Positions 61,501-64,000 of a DNA stretch of 64,000 nucleotides are shown in pieces (position 1 is the first letter of the stretch; every line of letters begins with the position of its first letter). The position numbers and the translations under genes were made by a program. The DNA comes from Candidatus Methanoxibalbensis ujae (GTDB lineage: Archaea; Halobacteriota; Syntropharchaeia; Alkanophagales; Methanospirareceae): assembly GCA_026134085.1 (NCBI GenBank), contig JAOQIN010000004.1, positions 26 to 64,025 on the forward strand, given 5' to 3'. The notes beneath the pieces were generated by a model. The model was not told the origin of the DNA. It saw nothing but the letters and a program-made list of their open reading frames with translations, and searched no databases.

Positions 61501-64000
61501 AACCATTTACACAGATAGCAATACCACATGAAGACATACTTGAAGGGCGCCTGACAATGGATGTCTTTGCCGCCGACCTGTGGCAGGTGGTAAACGGAAA
61601 GGCACCACTGGATTATCAGGATGCGGATCTGTTTTTCAGAAAAACTTACCTGACAAAGGGACTGAGAAACATCATTGAAATTGCGAGGGCAAGGCTTGAG
61701 GGAAGAAGTGGTGATTCTGTTATTCAGATTCAAACACCTTTTGGTGGTGGTAAAACCCACACCCTCATAGCTCTATACCACAAGGCAGGGGAATGGAACA
61801 CAAAAGTTGTTGTATTTGATGGGACGGCGTTAAACCCGGAAGAGACAAAGCCTTGGGAAGAACTTGAAAGACAGTTGACTGGAAGAATTGAGATGACAGA
61901 AGGCAATATATCCCCCGGTAAGAAGAAACTCATAAAGCTTCTCTCAGAAAACTCACCGGTCCTTATTTTGATGGATGAGATCCTTGAATATGTCACAAAG
62001 GCTGCAGGCATAAGAATTGGAGATTCAAACCTTGCATCACAGACCTTTGCTTTCGTTCAGGAACTCACAGCTTCTGTCGCCACTGTTGGAAATGCCCTCT
62101 TAGTTCTCACTTTGCCCTCCAGTATTCTGGAGCATTACGATGAAAACGCAGAGAGAATGTTTCAGCAACTTCAAAAGATAAGTGGAAGAATGGAAAAGAT
62201 ATACACACCTGTGGAGGATGAGGAGATAGAGCATGTTGTAAGAGCGAGGCTTTTCAGCAAAACAAATGAGAAAGAGGCAAAAAAAGTTGTGGATGAGTTT
62301 GTAGAATATGCAAAAAATGAAGGTTTGCTTTCAGGAGATGAAGTTGCAAATTACAGGGATAAATTCCTGAGAAGTTATCCGTTTAAACCGGAGGTTATAG
62401 ATGTTCTTTACAGGAGATGGGGTTCATTCCCCACATTCCAGAGGACAAGAGGAGTTTTAAGACTTCTTTCTCTTGTTGTTCACGACCTTCTGGACAAAAA
62501 TATCCCGTTCATCCGGCTTGGAGATTTCAACCTGAAAAATGATGAGATAAGAAGGGAACTCATAAAGCACATCGGTCAGGAATGGGACAGTATAATTGCT
62601 CAGGACATAACTGCAGATGATTCTGGCTCCAAGAAAATTGATAACGGTCTTGGAAGTTCCTATATGCAGTATAAACTCGGAACTGCTGTGAGCACAACAG
62701 TTTTCATGCTTTCATTTTCGGGCAGGGGAGAGAAGGGCGCCAGTATAAGAGATATAAAGCTCAGCACAGTGTTCCCGGAAATTTCAAGCTCTGTGATAGA
62801 CACTGTGATCAACAAAATAAGGGAGAAATTATTTTATATATCTGATGAGGAGCTCTACTTCACGAATCAGCCAAACTTGAACAGGATAATTCTCATCAGA
62901 GAGGAAAGTGTTCCTGAAAAAGACATTTATGAGGAGGAGAAAAGTATGTTATTTGTTTCAAAAAATTCAATGTTCAGGGTTTATATACATCCCAAATTTC
63001 CAAGAGATGTTCAAGATACACCCGAGCTGAAGCTTGTGATTCTGAACGCCACAAAGCCTGCTGAGGACTTTCTGGAAAAATATGGTGAAAGCCCGAGAGT
63101 TTACAGGAACACTCTCCTTTTTCTGTGCAACGAAGAGTCGCAAAAAGAGAGTTTCCACTCATTTATCAGAAAATTGCTGGCTTTAAAATCAATTGAGAGA
63201 GATGAAAAACTTTTGAAGGAGAGTCAGAAAAAAGAGATCAGAAATAAACTTAAAAACTACGAGCAGAGAAAATATGAAGAATTGAGGAAATTTTATCGCA
63301 AAGTGTTTCTGCCTGCAAAAGAGGGATTCAGGGAGATTGATATGGGAATTCCAACAATTGGAGAATCATTTCTTGATAAAGAAATCTACGATTGCCTGAG
63401 AAATCAGGGGGAAATCCTTGAGAGAGTTGCACCTGAGGTCATCAGAGACAGGTATCTCGGAGATAAAAAATATGTGAGAATCAAGGATATTTACGAGACT
63501 TTTTTGAAAACTCCCGGAGAGCTCAGATTAAGTTCTGAAGAGGCTTTTGTGGAGAGCATAAAAAGAGGTGTTGAGGAGGGCCTGTTCGGCTGCGGCTGCT
63601 TAAAAAATGAAGAAATTGAGTGTGAGTATATAAACAAAACTCCAGTTTTTGAGCTGAGTGATGATGAAATCATTATCAGAGCTGATCTGTGCGCGGATGA
63701 AACAGAATCGGAAGGCTCCTCACCGCCAGAAGATGAAACGGGAACTGAGGACGAAAATGGGGGAGAAAATGGGCATGAGATGTTTTCAAGGATAAACCTT
63801 GAGCTCAATGTTCCTGCGAATCAGATTTCCACAATTGCGAAAATTGCAAATTACCTGAAAACCAGATTCAATCAATTTGAGATAAGGGTAACTATTCAGG
63901 CGAGAGATGGTTGCATCCCGGTTACAGTATATGAAGACAAAATCAAGGAGGCAATAAAACAGGCGGGGATTAAAATTGAAAGGGAAGCCGCTTTGACGAG
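61497..64000 (+). CDS. DUF499/COG1483 (BrxC/PglY-class) P-loop ATPase, 3'-truncated by the window end; NOT in the supplied ORF track
   Basis: Hand translation from ATG 61497 (ATGA overlap with the methylase stop) stays open to 64000: MKPFTQIAIPHEDILEGRLTMDVFAADLWQVV...IQTPFGGGKTHTLIALYH...PVLILMDEILEY...YPFKPEVIDVLYRRWGSFPTFQRTRGVLRLLS..., which is typical DUF499 sequence. Confidence 0.85.
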   Translation, partial: MKPFTQIAIPHEDILEGRLTMDVFAADLWQVVNGKAPLDYQDADLFFRKTYLTKGLRNIIEIARARLEGRSGDSVIQIQTPFGGGKTHTLIALYHKAGEWNTKVVVFDGTALNPEETKPWEELERQLTGRIEMTEGNISPGKKKLIKLLSENSPVLILMDEILEYVTKAAGIRIGDSNLASQTFAFVQELTASVATVGNALLVLTLPSSILEHYDENAERMFQQLQKISGRMEKIYTPVEDEEIEHVVRARLFSKTNEKEAKKVVDEFVEYAKNEGLLSGDEVANYRDKFLRSYPFKPEVIDVLYRRWGSFPTFQRTRGVLRLLSLVVHDLLDKNIPFIRLGDFNLKNDEIRRELIKHIGQEWDSIIAQDITADDSGSKKIDNGLGSSYMQYKLGTAVSTTVFMLSFSGRGEKGASIRDIKLSTVFPEISSSVIDTVINKIREKLFYISDEELYFTNQPNLNRIILIREESVPEKDIYEEEKSMLFVSKNSMFRVYIHPKFPRDVQDTPELKLVILNATKPAEDFLEKYGESPRVYRNTLLFLCNEESQKESFHSFIRKLLALKSIERDEKLLKESQKKEIRNKLKNYEQRKYEELRKFYRKVFLPAKEGFREIDMGIPTIGESFLDKEIYDCLRNQGEILERVAPEVIRDRYLGDKKYVRIKDIYETFLKTPGELRLSSEEAFVESIKRGVEEGLFGCGCLKNEEIECEYINKTPVFELSDDEIIIRADLCADETESEGSSPPEDETGTEDENGGENGHEMFSRINLELNVPANQISTIAKIANYLKTRFNQFEIRVTIQARDGCIPVTVYEDKIKEAIKQAGIKIEREAALT

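Overview
This is an archaeal chromosomal segment. Supporting genes are Orc1/Cdc6, the L7Ae-S28e-L24e-Ndk operon, XPB, archaeal HMG-CoA synthase plus thiolase, HdrCB, MvhD, MetVF, tungsten-type AOR and FdhD. There is a 16S-tRNA(Ala)-23S-tRNA(Cys) operon. The rRNA is visibly much more GC-rich than the protein-coding DNA, which fits a thermophilic anaerobe. I cannot name the organism from the sequence alone. Most of the window is housekeeping or metabolic, but two accessory islands that look lower in GC stand out. Island 1 (~29.4-38.3 kb) carries a tightly overlapping four-gene cassette: a DUF1156-type Zn-ribbon adenine methylase, a divergent DUF499/BrxC-like P-loop ATPase, a very small PglZ/alkaline-phosphatase-like protein and a 153-aa unknown. 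This has BREX-like logic in a composition I do not recognise as a described system. Island 2 (52.5 kb to the window end, directly after tRNA-Cys) carries a second, non-identical system: a PD-(D/E)xK-like protein, an SNF2 helicase fused to a DUF3883 nuclease-like domain, a DUF1156 methylase and a canonical DUF499 ATPase. The ATPase gene (61497 to beyond 64000) is absent from the supplied ORF track. A ~1.54-kb non-coding insertion flanked by 8-9 bp direct repeats and imperfect terminal inverted repeats splits this operon. Other points: a LAGLIDADG homing-endonuclease intron in the 23S rRNA, a 16S 5' end with compensatory changes under a common archaeal primer site, and about 20 perfect or near-perfect short (8-18 bp) head-to-tail duplications. 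Most duplications are intergenic, but one frameshifts an ABC permease gene. There is also a gene-decay zone at 43.0-45.2 kb, a cluster of three paralogous sequon-rich secreted proteins and an IS200/IS605 remnant at the left edge. No CRISPR array was seen. All rRNA ends, intron boundaries and start codons are estimates made by eye.
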